From NCBI GenBank assembly GCA_045862955.1, contig BTVI01000025.1:1-46595 (forward strand): a stretch of DNA of 46,595 nt, given 5' to 3'. The notes beneath the pieces were generated by a model. It did no database searches. It was given only the letters and a program-made list of their open reading frames with translations, and was not told the origin of the DNA. This document shows positions 18,096 to 27,413 of the stretch, in pieces. The stretch comes from Fimbriimonadales bacterium (lineage in GTDB: Bacteria; Armatimonadota; Fimbriimonadia; Fimbriimonadales; JABRVX01). Position 1 is the first letter of the stretch. Each line of letters opens with the position of its first letter. A program made the translations under genes and the position numbers.

Positions 18096-21000
18096 CGGAC
18101 ACCTCCGGGTAGGGTTCGCCATCGTGGAAACGACCCTCCGTCGTGCGGCACAAGTCCCCGTATGGGCAGGTAGGGCAATGATCGGGGCCCGGAATAGGCG
18201 TCACATCGGCGCGTTCCAAGCGCGCCACGAGGTCGAACACCTTCTTACGTGCGGCCTGCAGGACGGTCTCCCACTGACTGTCGCCCCATGTGTGGCACAC
18301 GCAGCCCTGCGCCTGGCTCGCAGGCCGCCAGACATCTCGTTGCGACTGCGATGTCCGCATCGTCCGTTCGGCTCCGCCCAGTGAGTCGAAGCCTACGCTC
18401 ACATCAGAGGCGCCGAGAAGCTCCCGGACAGCGAGCGCGTAGAGGGGAAGCTGCACCGACTCGCCGTGCTCAACGCGCTGTATGGGGCGACTGGAGTCCG
18501 AGCCCAGCTTATAGTCGAGTATGAGCATGGAGCCCCCCTTCGGGTCCACGTCGATGCGATCCACACTCCCAGCGAGGTCTACGTGCCGACCATCCGCTGC
18601 GTGCAGCCGGAGCGGCTTCGAGGTGGATCGGGGGTCCCGCTGCCGGTCTGCGGTCTCTTCTATCTCCGGCTCGCCGAATCGCCACTCGAAGAACTCGGGG
18701 CGCGCGGTCACGGCCTGCCGATAGGCGGTCTCTCGCTCTGCAAGACTAGTCAGCATCCCCAACGCCATCGCATACACCGCCTGAACTTCCCAATCCGGCA
18801 CGTCGAGCCGGATCGTTTCGAGGCGGCTCTGGAGTTCCGAGCAAAGTCTATCGAGGAGGTCGGCGTCGTCTGCGCCTCGCAGGGCGTCCCGCAGGATCTC
18901 GTGCAGGAGCGACCCGGTGTCTGCCCTGGAGAGGGCGCCTGCAGCACCTCGAAGTCCTGCGCGATAGCGAGCCCAATGCTGAAAGGCGCAGCGGTTGAGC
19001 GTCTCCAGCTCCGTGATGGGAATGGGTCCGGGCCTGCGACCGGCGAGCAACGCCGCCTCCGTGAGTTCGATCCGCGGGAAGCGGGGCATCACGCTCCACT
19101 CGTCGAAGGGTGCATCCGTCGAGCCGGTTTCCCTGCCCCGGCCCGCGTCCGTCGAGCCGGTTAGCGCCGCATGCAGCAACAGGTCTTCGTCCAGGAAGCA
19201 GAGCTCGCTCGACGGAGCTAACTGAGATTCCCCGTCCGGCGCCAGCGGCCTGCCGCAGGCCACCATCACGTCCCGAACCGCTCCAGGCGGCAGACAACGT
19301 CGGACCTCGTCTAGGTAGAGGCTCGGTAGGGCCTCACTGTCCTCCTCGGCCCTCGGAAAGAATGCATACAGCGTCTCGGTGGGCTGGGTGGCTGCCAAGT
19401 AGAAGCGACGACGCTCGTCCATCGCACGCTCATATCCCGTCGGCAGCAGGCAGCCGGTGATTCGCCGAAGTTCCAGCCGCTCCTCATCGGTCAGGAATGC
19501 ATCCTCCGATAGACGCCGTGGGAACACTCCCTCCAGCACGCCGAGGAGGAGCGCCACTCGTGGAGGATGCGTGTTTTCTTCGGGGCTTTCCACGACACGG
19601 ATGCCGGGCTTCGCTGGAGCGCGATAAGGGACGAGGCGACACATGCCGATCCATCGAGGAAGAAAACTTGCCAGCCTCGTCCTGCCATCACCTCGTGCCT
19701 TCGATACGCCACCCATGGCTTCGGCAACGCGGTAGGCCGCCGCCGTCGCCAGAAAGTCGTCGTTCGCGCAGGAGTCTCCCGCCTCGGTCGCGAGGCTTGC
19801 CCAGCCCATCTCCGTTGCCATGTTTCGGGTGAGCGCAGCGAAGTCAGCGGCAGTCAGCGGCTCCTCGAACCGGCGGGACCACTCTGCCAGCTCCACGAGT
19901 CTTTCCGAGCATTCCACCCCCTCCTCTTGCAGGTCCTTGGCGCGCAGCAGCCAGTTCGACAAACCTGCCCCCCTCGAACCCCCTAGCGCGCGGCGCAGCC
20001 GCCGACCCTCCTCCCGCCGGAACGCATAACTGCTCTCCAGGTGCGACAACACATCTTCCCGCTGCCAACCGCCTGCAAACAGCGTCAGCACGGAGAAGAG
20101 AAAGCGAACGAATGGGTTGTCCGCAATCGGACGCTCCACAGCGCGCGACGGGGTCAGACCGAAGCGCGGCCACACCGCCTCGAGCATCGGCCAGTAGGCT
20201 TCCACGTCGCGCACCACCACCTGGATATCCGGTAAACCCAGCGACTTCTCACGCAGGAGCCGCAACGCGAATCGCGCCGCGGCCTCCACCTCGGCCAGGC
20301 GGTTCGGGCAACTCACGAACAGGACCTCTTCGTCCCAGCCGGCGGCCTCTGACCCCTCCATGAAGAGCGTGTCTCGCAGTGTTCGCATCGTCCGGCTTCG
20401 GCGAACGCTGGGACCCGCCTCGATGTCCACGCGCACCACTTCGAAGCGCTCCTCCAGTCGCCGAAGCATGGCACTGGCGCCGGCAAACAACTCCTCACAG
20501 CCAGGCGCCCATGTGACGGTGATGCCCACCCGGGACCGCTCCGCAAGAGCACATAGCAGCTCCACTTGCAACTGCGACAGAACACCGAAACCGTCCAGCC
20601 ACACCTCGGGGAACGATAGCCCCCCGGCCCGGAGCACCGCGTCACACGCGGCCGCAGCCGCGGCGGAAGGTCCTCGCATGCCCATCTCCGCGAGCAGGGC
20701 GTCGTATCGCTCCCACAGACCCGCCAGCGCATGACACTTGTCAGGGAACCGCTTGTCTGTCACCTCCGCGCGCTCGCCAGCCTCCTGCAGGTCTTCCGGC
20801 GTCAGGCCCGACGAAGTCAGCTCCTCGATCACGTCTGCGAGGCGCTCCTGGAAGCCCAAGGTCTCGGCAACCTTCCCGAAGTAGCCGCTACGCGCCTCGC
20901 TGGCTACCGTTGCCGCGACCGCAAGGCGAGTGGAGCGCGAGGCTGGGAGGAACGGCTTTCCACGCGCGAGGTCCACGGCCGTGCCCACGAAGCGAGACCA

Positions 21001-21216
21001 ATCCTGCACGGAGTCGAGGTGGAACTCGTGTGCCTCACCGAACTCTGGTGCGGCGCGCAGCAAGGACTTGGCCGACTCGACGTGCCCCCGCCCCGGCAGC
21101 ACCAGTACGACATCCTCGGGCCGGTCGAGGAAGCGCTGCAGACAGTATCGCGTCTTGCCGGAGCCGGGTGGTCCGGCGGCGACGACCAGTGTTGGACGCG
21201 GGGCGAATGGGTTCAA
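18088..21216 (-). CDS. addB: AddB-like PD-(D/E)XK nuclease subunit with Fe-S cluster
   Basis: N-terminal GPPGSGKT; C-terminal G.VDRID...DYK and Cys pattern C...CxxCx5C; TTG start at 21216 is inferred because the longer ORF reads through the repeat array. Confidence 0.85.
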   Translation of the reverse strand: MNPFAPRPTLVVAAGPPGSGKTRYCLQRFLDRPEDVVLVLPGRGHVESAKSLLRAAPEFGEAHEFHLDSVQDWSRFVGTAVDLARGKPFLPASRSTRLAVAATVASEARSGYFGKVAETLGFQERLADVIEELTSSGLTPEDLQEAGERAEVTDKRFPDKCHALAGLWERYDALLAEMGMRGPSAAAAAACDAVLRAGGLSFPEVWLDGFGVLSQLQVELLCALAERSRVGITVTWAPGCEELFAGASAMLRRLEERFEVVRVDIEAGPSVRRSRTMRTLRDTLFMEGSEAAGWDEEVLFVSCPNRLAEVEAAARFALRLLREKSLGLPDIQVVVRDVEAYWPMLEAVWPRFGLTPSRAVERPIADNPFVRFLFSVLTLFAGGWQREDVLSHLESSYAFRREEGRRLRRALGGSRGAGLSNWLLRAKDLQEEGVECSERLVELAEWSRRFEEPLTAADFAALTRNMATEMGWASLATEAGDSCANDDFLATAAAYRVAEAMGGVSKARGDGRTRLASFLPRWIGMCRLVPYRAPAKPGIRVVESPEENTHPPRVALLLGVLEGVFPRRLSEDAFLTDEERLELRRITGCLLPTGYERAMDERRRFYLAATQPTETLYAFFPRAEEDSEALPSLYLDEVRRCLPPGAVRDVMVACGRPLAPDGESQLAPSSELCFLDEDLLLHAALTGSTDAGRGRETGSTDAPFDEWSVMPRFPRIELTEAALLAGRRPGPIPITELETLNRCAFQHWARYRAGLRGAAGALSRADTGSLLHEILRDALRGADDADLLDRLCSELQSRLETIRLDVPDWEVQAVYAMALGMLTSLAERETAYRQAVTARPEFFEWRFGEPEIEETADRQRDPRSTSKPLRLHAADGRHVDLAGSVDRIDVDPKGGSMLILDYKLGSDSSRPIQRVEHGESVQLPLYALAVRELLGASDVSVGFDSLGGAERTMRTSQSQRDVWRPASQAQGCVCHTWGDSQWETVLQAARKKVFDLVARLERADVTPIPGPDHCPTCPYGDLCRTTEGRFHDGEPYPEVSGG

Positions 21217-21218
21217 GG

Positions 21219-21778
21219 TATCGATCCCAATGTAACCGCTACGGGACGCGCCGCGCGAGGGTTTTCTATGCCCCGGCCCGCGTCCGCCAACGGGCAGCGC
21301 CGACGGTAGGAAGCAAACCCAAGGACCGCGCCGGGGCCAGAGTCGGGACAGCCGTGCCCTCGCCGTCGGCATGATGGCGGCATCCGATGCAACGCTCGCG
21401 GCTTGCGTTTGCATGCTTCGACAGGCTCAGCATGACGATCGGGGGCGGCTGTTTTCTCTATGCCCCGGCCCGCGTCTGCCAACGGGCAGCGCCGACGGTA
21501 GGAAGCAAACCTAAGGAACGCGCCGGGGCGAGAGTCGGGACAGCCGTGCCCTCGCCGTCGGCATGATGGCGGCATCCGATGCAACGCTCGCGGCTTGCGT
21601 TTGCATGCTTCGACAGGCTCAGCATGACGATCGGGGGCGGCTGTTTTCTCTATGCCCCGGCCCGCGTCCGCCAACGGGCAGCAGCGACGGTAGGAAGCAA
21701 ACCCAAGGACCGCGCCGGGGCACGAATGACGAAATATCGGTCCCAACGCAACCGCTACGGGACGCGCCGCGCGAGGGT
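21219..21778. repeat. 192-bp-period tandem array (three family A palindromes at 21268, 21460, 21652; two family B at 21411, 21603) flanked by a 44-bp direct duplication (21219-21262 / 21735-21778)
   Basis: Units are nearly identical; flanks TATCGRTCCCAAYGYAACCGCTACGGGACGCGCCGCGCGAGGGT match at 41/44. Confidence 0.93.
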
Positions 21779-23148
21779 CATTCACCGTGCAAGGCGCGGA
21801 GCATCCGCAGGGCGCCCTCTTTGTCACCCATCGCAAGTCGCCCGTCCAGCACAGCCTCTGTTAGCTCATCCTTGAGTCGTCCAACCTCGTCTCCCGGCTG
21901 GATGCCGAGCGCATCCATTATCTCGCGCCCGGTTAGTGGGCTTTTCGCGTCGGTTGCGTGAAAGTCGGTCTCTACTCTGCGAGCACGCTCCTCGAGACTA
22001 TCGAGGTCAGGCACTTCTATGTCATTCCTTCGTGCGGCGGCATCCGCACGACACAGGATGAGCAGGTCATCGAAGAGCTTCCCTGCATCGCGCAGCAGGC
22101 GGCGAACAGCCCCGTCTGTCCACTGTGGCGAGTACCCGCCCGGCCGCATATGCAGGCGAACGAGCTCCAGCGTATCGGCGATCACGTCGCTCGGGAACTT
22201 GAGCCTTCGCAGGAAAGCCCTCGCCGGGGACAGTCCGGCAATCTGATGGTCGAAAAAGCGTATCCTCCCGTCCTCGTCCACCGACTTCGTGAGTGGCTTC
22301 CCGACGTCGTGCAACAGTGTCGCCAGCCGCAGTGGCAGGGATGCATCGGGGGGAAGCGCCTCGACCGCCACCACGGTGTGTTCCCACACGTCGTGAACGT
22401 GCGCCCAGTTCTGCTCGCATCCGACCATTGCCTGAAGCTCGGGAGCGAAGGCTGCGAGCAGCCCCAGGCTCTCCAGTTGGCGAAGAGCAGTGCCGGCGGA
22501 TGGATGCGTGAGCATTTTCGTCAGTTCGTCGCGAATGCGCTCGCCGCTGATGATTCGCAGGCGTTCGGCCTCGGCTCGGATCGCTTCTTGGCAATCCTGT
22601 GCGATGGAGAAGTCCAGCCTGCACGCGAGTCGCACGGCGCGTAACATACGCAGCGGATCGTCGCGGAACGTACGATGAGGATCGAGTGGGGTGCGTAGGA
22701 CCCTCCGCGACAGGTCGTCCATGCCGCACCCCAACGGATCGGACACTTCTCCGGTGTGCAGGTTCTCCAATAGGGTGTTCACGGTGAAGTCGCGCCGCAG
22801 CGCATCGGTGGCCAAGTCGGTCTGCACTACATGCGGTTTGCGGCTGAACGGGTCATAGGTCTCGCGTCGGGCGCCGACGATTTCCACCGGCACTCCCGCA
22901 ACCTGAATTCGGGCGGTTCCGAAGCGCGGGTAGAGAACCGGAGCATGCGAGCTGACGCCCTTGCGGAACAAAAAGGAAGCAAGAGCGCAGGCGTTCCCCT
23001 CCAGCACCAAGTCCAGGTCTTCGGCAGGTGGTATCCCGAGCCGCTTGTCCCGGACGTATCCCCCAACAAGGAAGAGCGAGTTCTCGTACTCCGTGCCGCA
23101 CGTGGCATCACGGAGTCGCGCGATCGCTTCATCCAGAGCGGTGCTCAT
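21778..23148 (-). CDS. cca: CCA tRNA nucleotidyltransferase with HD domain
   Basis: VGG.VRD, DLD, RRDFTVN, DDPLRMLRAVR, ERIRDEL, LLHDVGK. Confidence 0.92.
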   Translation of the reverse strand: MSTALDEAIARLRDATCGTEYENSLFLVGGYVRDKRLGIPPAEDLDLVLEGNACALASFLFRKGVSSHAPVLYPRFGTARIQVAGVPVEIVGARRETYDPFSRKPHVVQTDLATDALRRDFTVNTLLENLHTGEVSDPLGCGMDDLSRRVLRTPLDPHRTFRDDPLRMLRAVRLACRLDFSIAQDCQEAIRAEAERLRIISGERIRDELTKMLTHPSAGTALRQLESLGLLAAFAPELQAMVGCEQNWAHVHDVWEHTVVAVEALPPDASLPLRLATLLHDVGKPLTKSVDEDGRIRFFDHQIAGLSPARAFLRRLKFPSDVIADTLELVRLHMRPGGYSPQWTDGAVRRLLRDAGKLFDDLLILCRADAAARRNDIEVPDLDSLEERARRVETDFHATDAKSPLTGREIMDALGIQPGDEVGRLKDELTEAVLDGRLAMGDKEGALRMLRALHGE

Positions 23149-23209
23149 TCCCAGATTGTAGCAGCCGGTGGGACCGACACCTGCAGCCAACCGAGTTCCG
23201 ACCGGCAGA

Positions 23210-23446
23210 CTACTCCTCGGTCCCCAGAATCTGGCTGTAAGCGACTGCCTCGGGGTTCACGTAGGTGACGCCCTTCGATCCCAGCTCGGTCTCCCCTTGC
23301 AGCTTTGCGTAGGTGAGGTGTGGGACCTTGACCAGATCTTTCCCCTTGAGCGACGCGAGCACTTGTTCCGCCTCTTCGCGGGAGTTCACAGGGCAGTCCA
23401 GCTCGACTCGGCTGGTAAGGCCGATGATGAGAGTAACCCTAGACAT
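23210..23446 (-). CDS. Small hypothetical protein (78 aa)
   Basis: Protein-like composition; ATG after GGGGTG; no recognised motif. Confidence 0.6.
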   Translation of the reverse strand: MSRVTLIIGLTSRVELDCPVNSREEAEQVLASLKGKDLVKVPHLTYAKLQGETELGSKGVTYVNPEAVAYSQILGTEE

Positions 23447-23806
23447 TTCGTCACCCCAGTAGAGTTGTAGATCGTACGAAACAGGAAGATACGGCATCGG
23501 AGCGAACATTCCTTGTTCCAACCGCGTTTTGCGCAGGATTCGTGTGATCGATTGCGAAAGCGGGCAGAGCCCCGAGAGGTGATCGGGGCTCTGCAGCGGT
23601 GGCGTTGGCAGTGCGTGTCGGCAGTGAGCCGGTTGGTGACTGGAGGACGCGGTCGCCGGTGCTGAGTGATCGCGTCCAGTGGGCTCATTCCACCGGGCGG
23701 AAGTGGCGCGTCATGCATTCGTACGGTCATGCGAAGCGAGCGACCGCAAACCGGCGCTCCTACGCGCGGAGCAATGCGAGACGGCAAAGCTATTAGAGGT
23801 GGCGCG

Positions 23807-24829
23807 ATGATAGCAGTACGGATCCATCAGTTCGGACCGGCAGATAATCTCGTTCTCGAGGAGGTCCCTGAGCCAACGCCCCGTGCTGGCGAGGCTCTGA
23901 TCAGAGTGCGGGCGTGTGCACTCAATCATCTCGATCTGTGGGTGAGAAATGGTGTCCCTGCCTACCGCACGCCACTCCCACACATCCTGGGCTCGGACAT
24001 CGCCGGTGAGGTGGTAGAGGACTGCGGGGAGTTCAAGGCGGGCGACCCCGTGATACTGCACCCGGTACTCAGCTGCCGTCGGTGCGACATGTGCATCAGC
24101 GGGCGCGACAACATCTGCAGGAACTTCGGCATCCTCGGGGCGCACGCTCCCGGCGGTTACGCGCAGTACCTAGCAGTCGACTCGATGAACCTGGTGCGGA
24201 AGCCGGAACGCCTGAGTTGGGCCGAGGCGGCATCGATTCCCCTGGTGTTTCTGACTGCGCACCACATGCTATTGGAGCGCGCGAAGTTGCAGGCTGGCGA
24301 GACGGTGGCGGTACTCGCAGCGGGAAGCGGGGTCGGAATCGCCGCCATTCAGATCGCCAAACTCGCCGGGGCGACGGTGGTCGCGATCGCAGGAAGCGAT
24401 AGGAAGCTGGAACGTGCGCGCGAACTCGGCGCCGACTTCTGCGTAAACTACACGCAACCCGACTGGGGCAAGCAAGTACGCTCCTTCGCCAAGGGGTTGG
24501 GGCCGGACGTAGTCGTGGAGCACGTGGGAGAGGCGACCTTCCCGGAGAGCGTGCGCATGATGCGCCCGGGCGGACGCCTGGTCACCTGCGGTGCGACCAC
24601 GGGAACGGACAGCGGCTTCGACATTCGCGTGCTATTCTCTAGGGAGCTGAACGTGCTCGGGTCTATGCTCGGTTGTCTGCGCGAGTCGCACCGCGTGGCC
24701 GAGCTGTTTGCCGCGGGCAAGCTGAAGCCCGTTGTGGACAGCGTGCTTCCACTGGCCGAGGCACAGGCAGCCCACAAGAAGCTGGAGGACCGTGCCGTCT
24801 TCGGCAAGGTGGTGTTGGAGATCCCCTAG
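23807..24829 (+). CDS. Zinc-binding dehydrogenase (MDR / quinone oxidoreductase-like)
   Basis: ALNHLD, ILGSD.AG, structural-Zn CxxCxxCx7C, A.SGVG.AAIQIAK, FGKVVL; ATG after GAGG. Confidence 0.92.
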   Translation: MIAVRIHQFGPADNLVLEEVPEPTPRAGEALIRVRACALNHLDLWVRNGVPAYRTPLPHILGSDIAGEVVEDCGEFKAGDPVILHPVLSCRRCDMCISGRDNICRNFGILGAHAPGGYAQYLAVDSMNLVRKPERLSWAEAASIPLVFLTAHHMLLERAKLQAGETVAVLAAGSGVGIAAIQIAKLAGATVVAIAGSDRKLERARELGADFCVNYTQPDWGKQVRSFAKGLGPDVVVEHVGEATFPESVRMMRPGGRLVTCGATTGTDSGFDIRVLFSRELNVLGSMLGCLRESHRVAELFAAGKLKPVVDSVLPLAEAQAAHKKLEDRAVFGKVVLEIP

Positions 24830-24847
24830 GACCCACCCCACTGTGGT

Positions 24848-24878
24848 AAAGAAAAAGCCCCGGTGAGGGTACCGGGGC
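24848..24878 (-). terminator. Intrinsic terminator
   Basis: GCCCCGGT-6nt-ACCGGGGC followed by TTTTTCTTT on the minus strand. Confidence 0.8.
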
Positions 24879-25111
24879 ATGCGGCGAAAGGGAGGGAGGA
24901 GTAGGAGGAATCCCATTCGTGGTCTCTCGACCACTGCCCCACTGCGCCCTGCTGCGGAGCCCGCATCCACTCCCCGCCGCTACGTGCGAGTTTCCTGTGC
25001 CGAAGCGTTGTTCCGCATCCAGCGCGATCCCGAGCCCGCACCGGTACGTGCTTGGCGTCGAGATGGGTCCGATCTAGCAGTCTTCGGGAGTTTCGCGAGA
25101 GGGGAAGAGAG

Positions 25112-25187
<76 letters not shown>

Positions 25188-25258
25188 GCGCGGCATCCGA
25201 TTATACCTAGACGCCGAATAGGATTATCGGCGACGGCTCGCGTATACTGGCTTCAGGA

Positions 25259-26239
25259 ATGAGAACCCCGAAGCTCCCATGGAGGCGAAGTGTGACCCGA
25301 TCCGCTCGACTGCTCTCCCTGTCTCTACTCGCTCCCCTTGCACTGGCCTCTTGCACAGCCCAGGCTCCAGCGCCGGCATCCTCCCAGGCGATAGGAGAAG
25401 CGCTCCTCGCCTACGACCGTGCCCTTCCCCTGAATGCCGAGGTGAAGGAGAAGAGCGTGGAGGGAGGCGTCCGGCTTCTATCCGTGAGCTACTCGAGCAC
25501 CCACGGCGAGCGCGTACCGGCGCTGCTGGCTCTGCCGGCCGAGGCGAAGTCTCCCCTGCCGTGCATCGTCCTGATGCACGGCCTGGGCGGTTCCAAGGAG
25601 GGCATGAAGCCGTTCTGGGTAGAGCTTACGAAGGCCGGTTATGCTTGCTTCGCGATCGACGCCGTGTTCCACGGCGAACGACCGAAGGGGCCGGGGGGCC
25701 AAGCACTGCTGCTGTACCCGTACTCCGGACGGGACGCCCTTGCCCAGACCGTGATTGACCTTCGCCGGGGGCTGGACTTCCTGCAGACGAGAGACGAGAT
25801 CGACCCGAAGCGTATCGGGTACGTGGGAGTGAGCATGGGGGCCATCCTAGGGAGCATCACGGCAGGCGTGGACGAGCGCATCGCCGCTGTCGCGCTGATC
25901 GTGGGGGGAGGCGACTGGAACGTGCTCCTGGAGAAGTCGGTGCTATCGCTAGCAGGCGACAAGAACCTGAAGGACAAGGCTGCACGTGCGCCCATAGCCA
26001 CCGCCCTGGACCCACTAGACCCCGTTCACTGGGTCGGCCGCATCTCGCCGCGCCCCGTGCTAATGATCAACGGCGACCTAGATAACATCGTGCCTGTCGA
26101 ATCCAACAAGGCCCTTCATACTGCGGCCAAGGAGCCGAAGAAGGTCGTCTGGTACTCCGGCGGGCACTTTCCCCCGCCCGACCTGGTACGGCGGGAACTC
26201 TTGTCTTGGTTTGCCGATCATCTCAGTAGCAAACCGTGA
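25259..26239 (+). CDS. Alpha/beta hydrolase, possibly a lipoprotein
   Basis: Signal peptide ending LASC; HGLGG, GVSMG nucleophile elbow, G..D.IVP, GGH. Confidence 0.85.
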   Translation: MRTPKLPWRRSVTRSARLLSLSLLAPLALASCTAQAPAPASSQAIGEALLAYDRALPLNAEVKEKSVEGGVRLLSVSYSSTHGERVPALLALPAEAKSPLPCIVLMHGLGGSKEGMKPFWVELTKAGYACFAIDAVFHGERPKGPGGQALLLYPYSGRDALAQTVIDLRRGLDFLQTRDEIDPKRIGYVGVSMGAILGSITAGVDERIAAVALIVGGGDWNVLLEKSVLSLAGDKNLKDKAARAPIATALDPLDPVHWVGRISPRPVLMINGDLDNIVPVESNKALHTAAKEPKKVVWYSGGHFPPPDLVRRELLSWFADHLSSKP

Positions 26240-26592
26240 AACTGGACCCTCTTCTGCTTGCGTTCGCTCTTACGTTCTTGCAGAGCCTCGGCTGGACGTA
26301 CTTCGACGGCCGAAAGCGTCGCAACCCGGCTTACCGTGACCGCGTGCTTGCGGGGATCAGCCGCATCCCCGAGCGGCAGCGCAAGATTCTGGTGGCGCTT
26401 TTCTACCCGCAGACGCTGCACGCTCGGTGGGTGCAAGCGACCGTGATCGGAACCTGCAGCCTCATCTTGGCCGTTCCCTTCTATTTGCCCCTGTGCTGGC
26501 TGCTGGGCGCGAATCCGTGGGCCTGTCTCGGTGTAATCGTTCTGACGAGCTACGTGGCGGCGAACGCCGGCGAGTTCCTGCTCAACTGGTAG
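26236..26592 (+). CDS. Hypothetical membrane protein
   Basis: Three hydrophobic segments; GTGA overlap with the upstream stop. Confidence 0.65.
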   Translation: MKLDPLLLAFALTFLQSLGWTYFDGRKRRNPAYRDRVLAGISRIPERQRKILVALFYPQTLHARWVQATVIGTCSLILAVPFYLPLCWLLGANPWACLGVIVLTSYVAANAGEFLLNW

Positions 26593-27409
26593 CCGCCAAC
26601 CGCCTCGCGAGCTCCTCGAAGGTGTCCACCGAGAGTGTCTCTGCACGTCTCTGCGGGTCCACGCCTACCTCCGCTAGCAAAGCTTCGGCTCGCTCGCGGC
26701 TGACGAGTGTCTGAAGGGAGTTCCTCAGGGTCTTTCTGCGCCCCCCGAACGCCGCCCGAACTATGTCACGGAGGCAGCGCTCTTCTCCTTCCGACATTCC
26801 CGACTGGCGCCGGTCCATACGTACCACGGCGCTTTCGACCTCGGGAGGCGGATAGAAGAGGCGGGGCGACAGGGTGAAGAGGCTGCGTACGACCGTGTGG
26901 TGCTGGGCGAAGACACTTAGCGAACCGTACTCGCGACTGCCGGGGGCGGCTCGCAGGCGGTCGGCCACCTCTCTCTGCACGGTCAGAACCATGCGCCGGA
27001 TGCGCCTCTCTGGCAGCAACCGCTCCAGTACTGGCGTGGTGATGCAATAGGGCAGGTTGCTGACCACCGACTCGACGCCCTTCGTGAGGGCCTCCTCCAG
27101 GTCATACCGCAGAAAATCCGCGTGCACGATCTCGAGCCCAGGGGCAGCCCAGGCGCGAAGGCTGTCCACGAGATGCGGGTCCCGTTCGACGGCAACGACC
27201 GAATGTCCCCGAGCCAGCAGCGCCTCGGTAAGAGCGCCCAGCCCGGGACCGATCTCCAGCACCGCTTCTCCCTCGGCCAATTCCGCAGCATCCACGATCC
27301 GCCGCAACGCGTTGCGGTCGCAGAGGAAGTGCTGCCCCCACGCCTTGCGTGGACGAATGCCCAGCTCGGCGAGGAGGGAGCGAATGTCGGAAGGGGAGGT
27401 TCGACTCAC
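26582..27409 (-). CDS. rsmA: 16S rRNA m6,2A dimethyltransferase
   Basis: GQHFL, VLEIGPG.G.LT, SNLPY.I, Q.EVA.R, P.P.V.SA, RRKTL.N, RAE.L. Confidence 0.95.
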   Translation of the reverse strand: MSRTSPSDIRSLLAELGIRPRKAWGQHFLCDRNALRRIVDAAELAEGEAVLEIGPGLGALTEALLARGHSVVAVERDPHLVDSLRAWAAPGLEIVHADFLRYDLEEALTKGVESVVSNLPYCITTPVLERLLPERRIRRMVLTVQREVADRLRAAPGSREYGSLSVFAQHHTVVRSLFTLSPRLFYPPPEVESAVVRMDRRQSGMSEGEERCLRDIVRAAFGGRRKTLRNSLQTLVSRERAEALLAEVGVDPQRRAETLSVDTFEELARRLAATS

Positions 27410-27413
27410 ATCG

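Noticed and set aside
18088..18960. Cas4 or defence nuclease
   Set aside because: It is the C-terminal domain of a ~1040-aa AddB next to an AddA-type helicase
21268..21722. CRISPR array
   Set aside because: Linkers are identical, the 192-bp period is too long, and there are no cas genes
24984..25004. Sigma-54 promoter CGGCACAGGAAACTCGC
   Set aside because: GG-GC spacing is 12 nt, not 10
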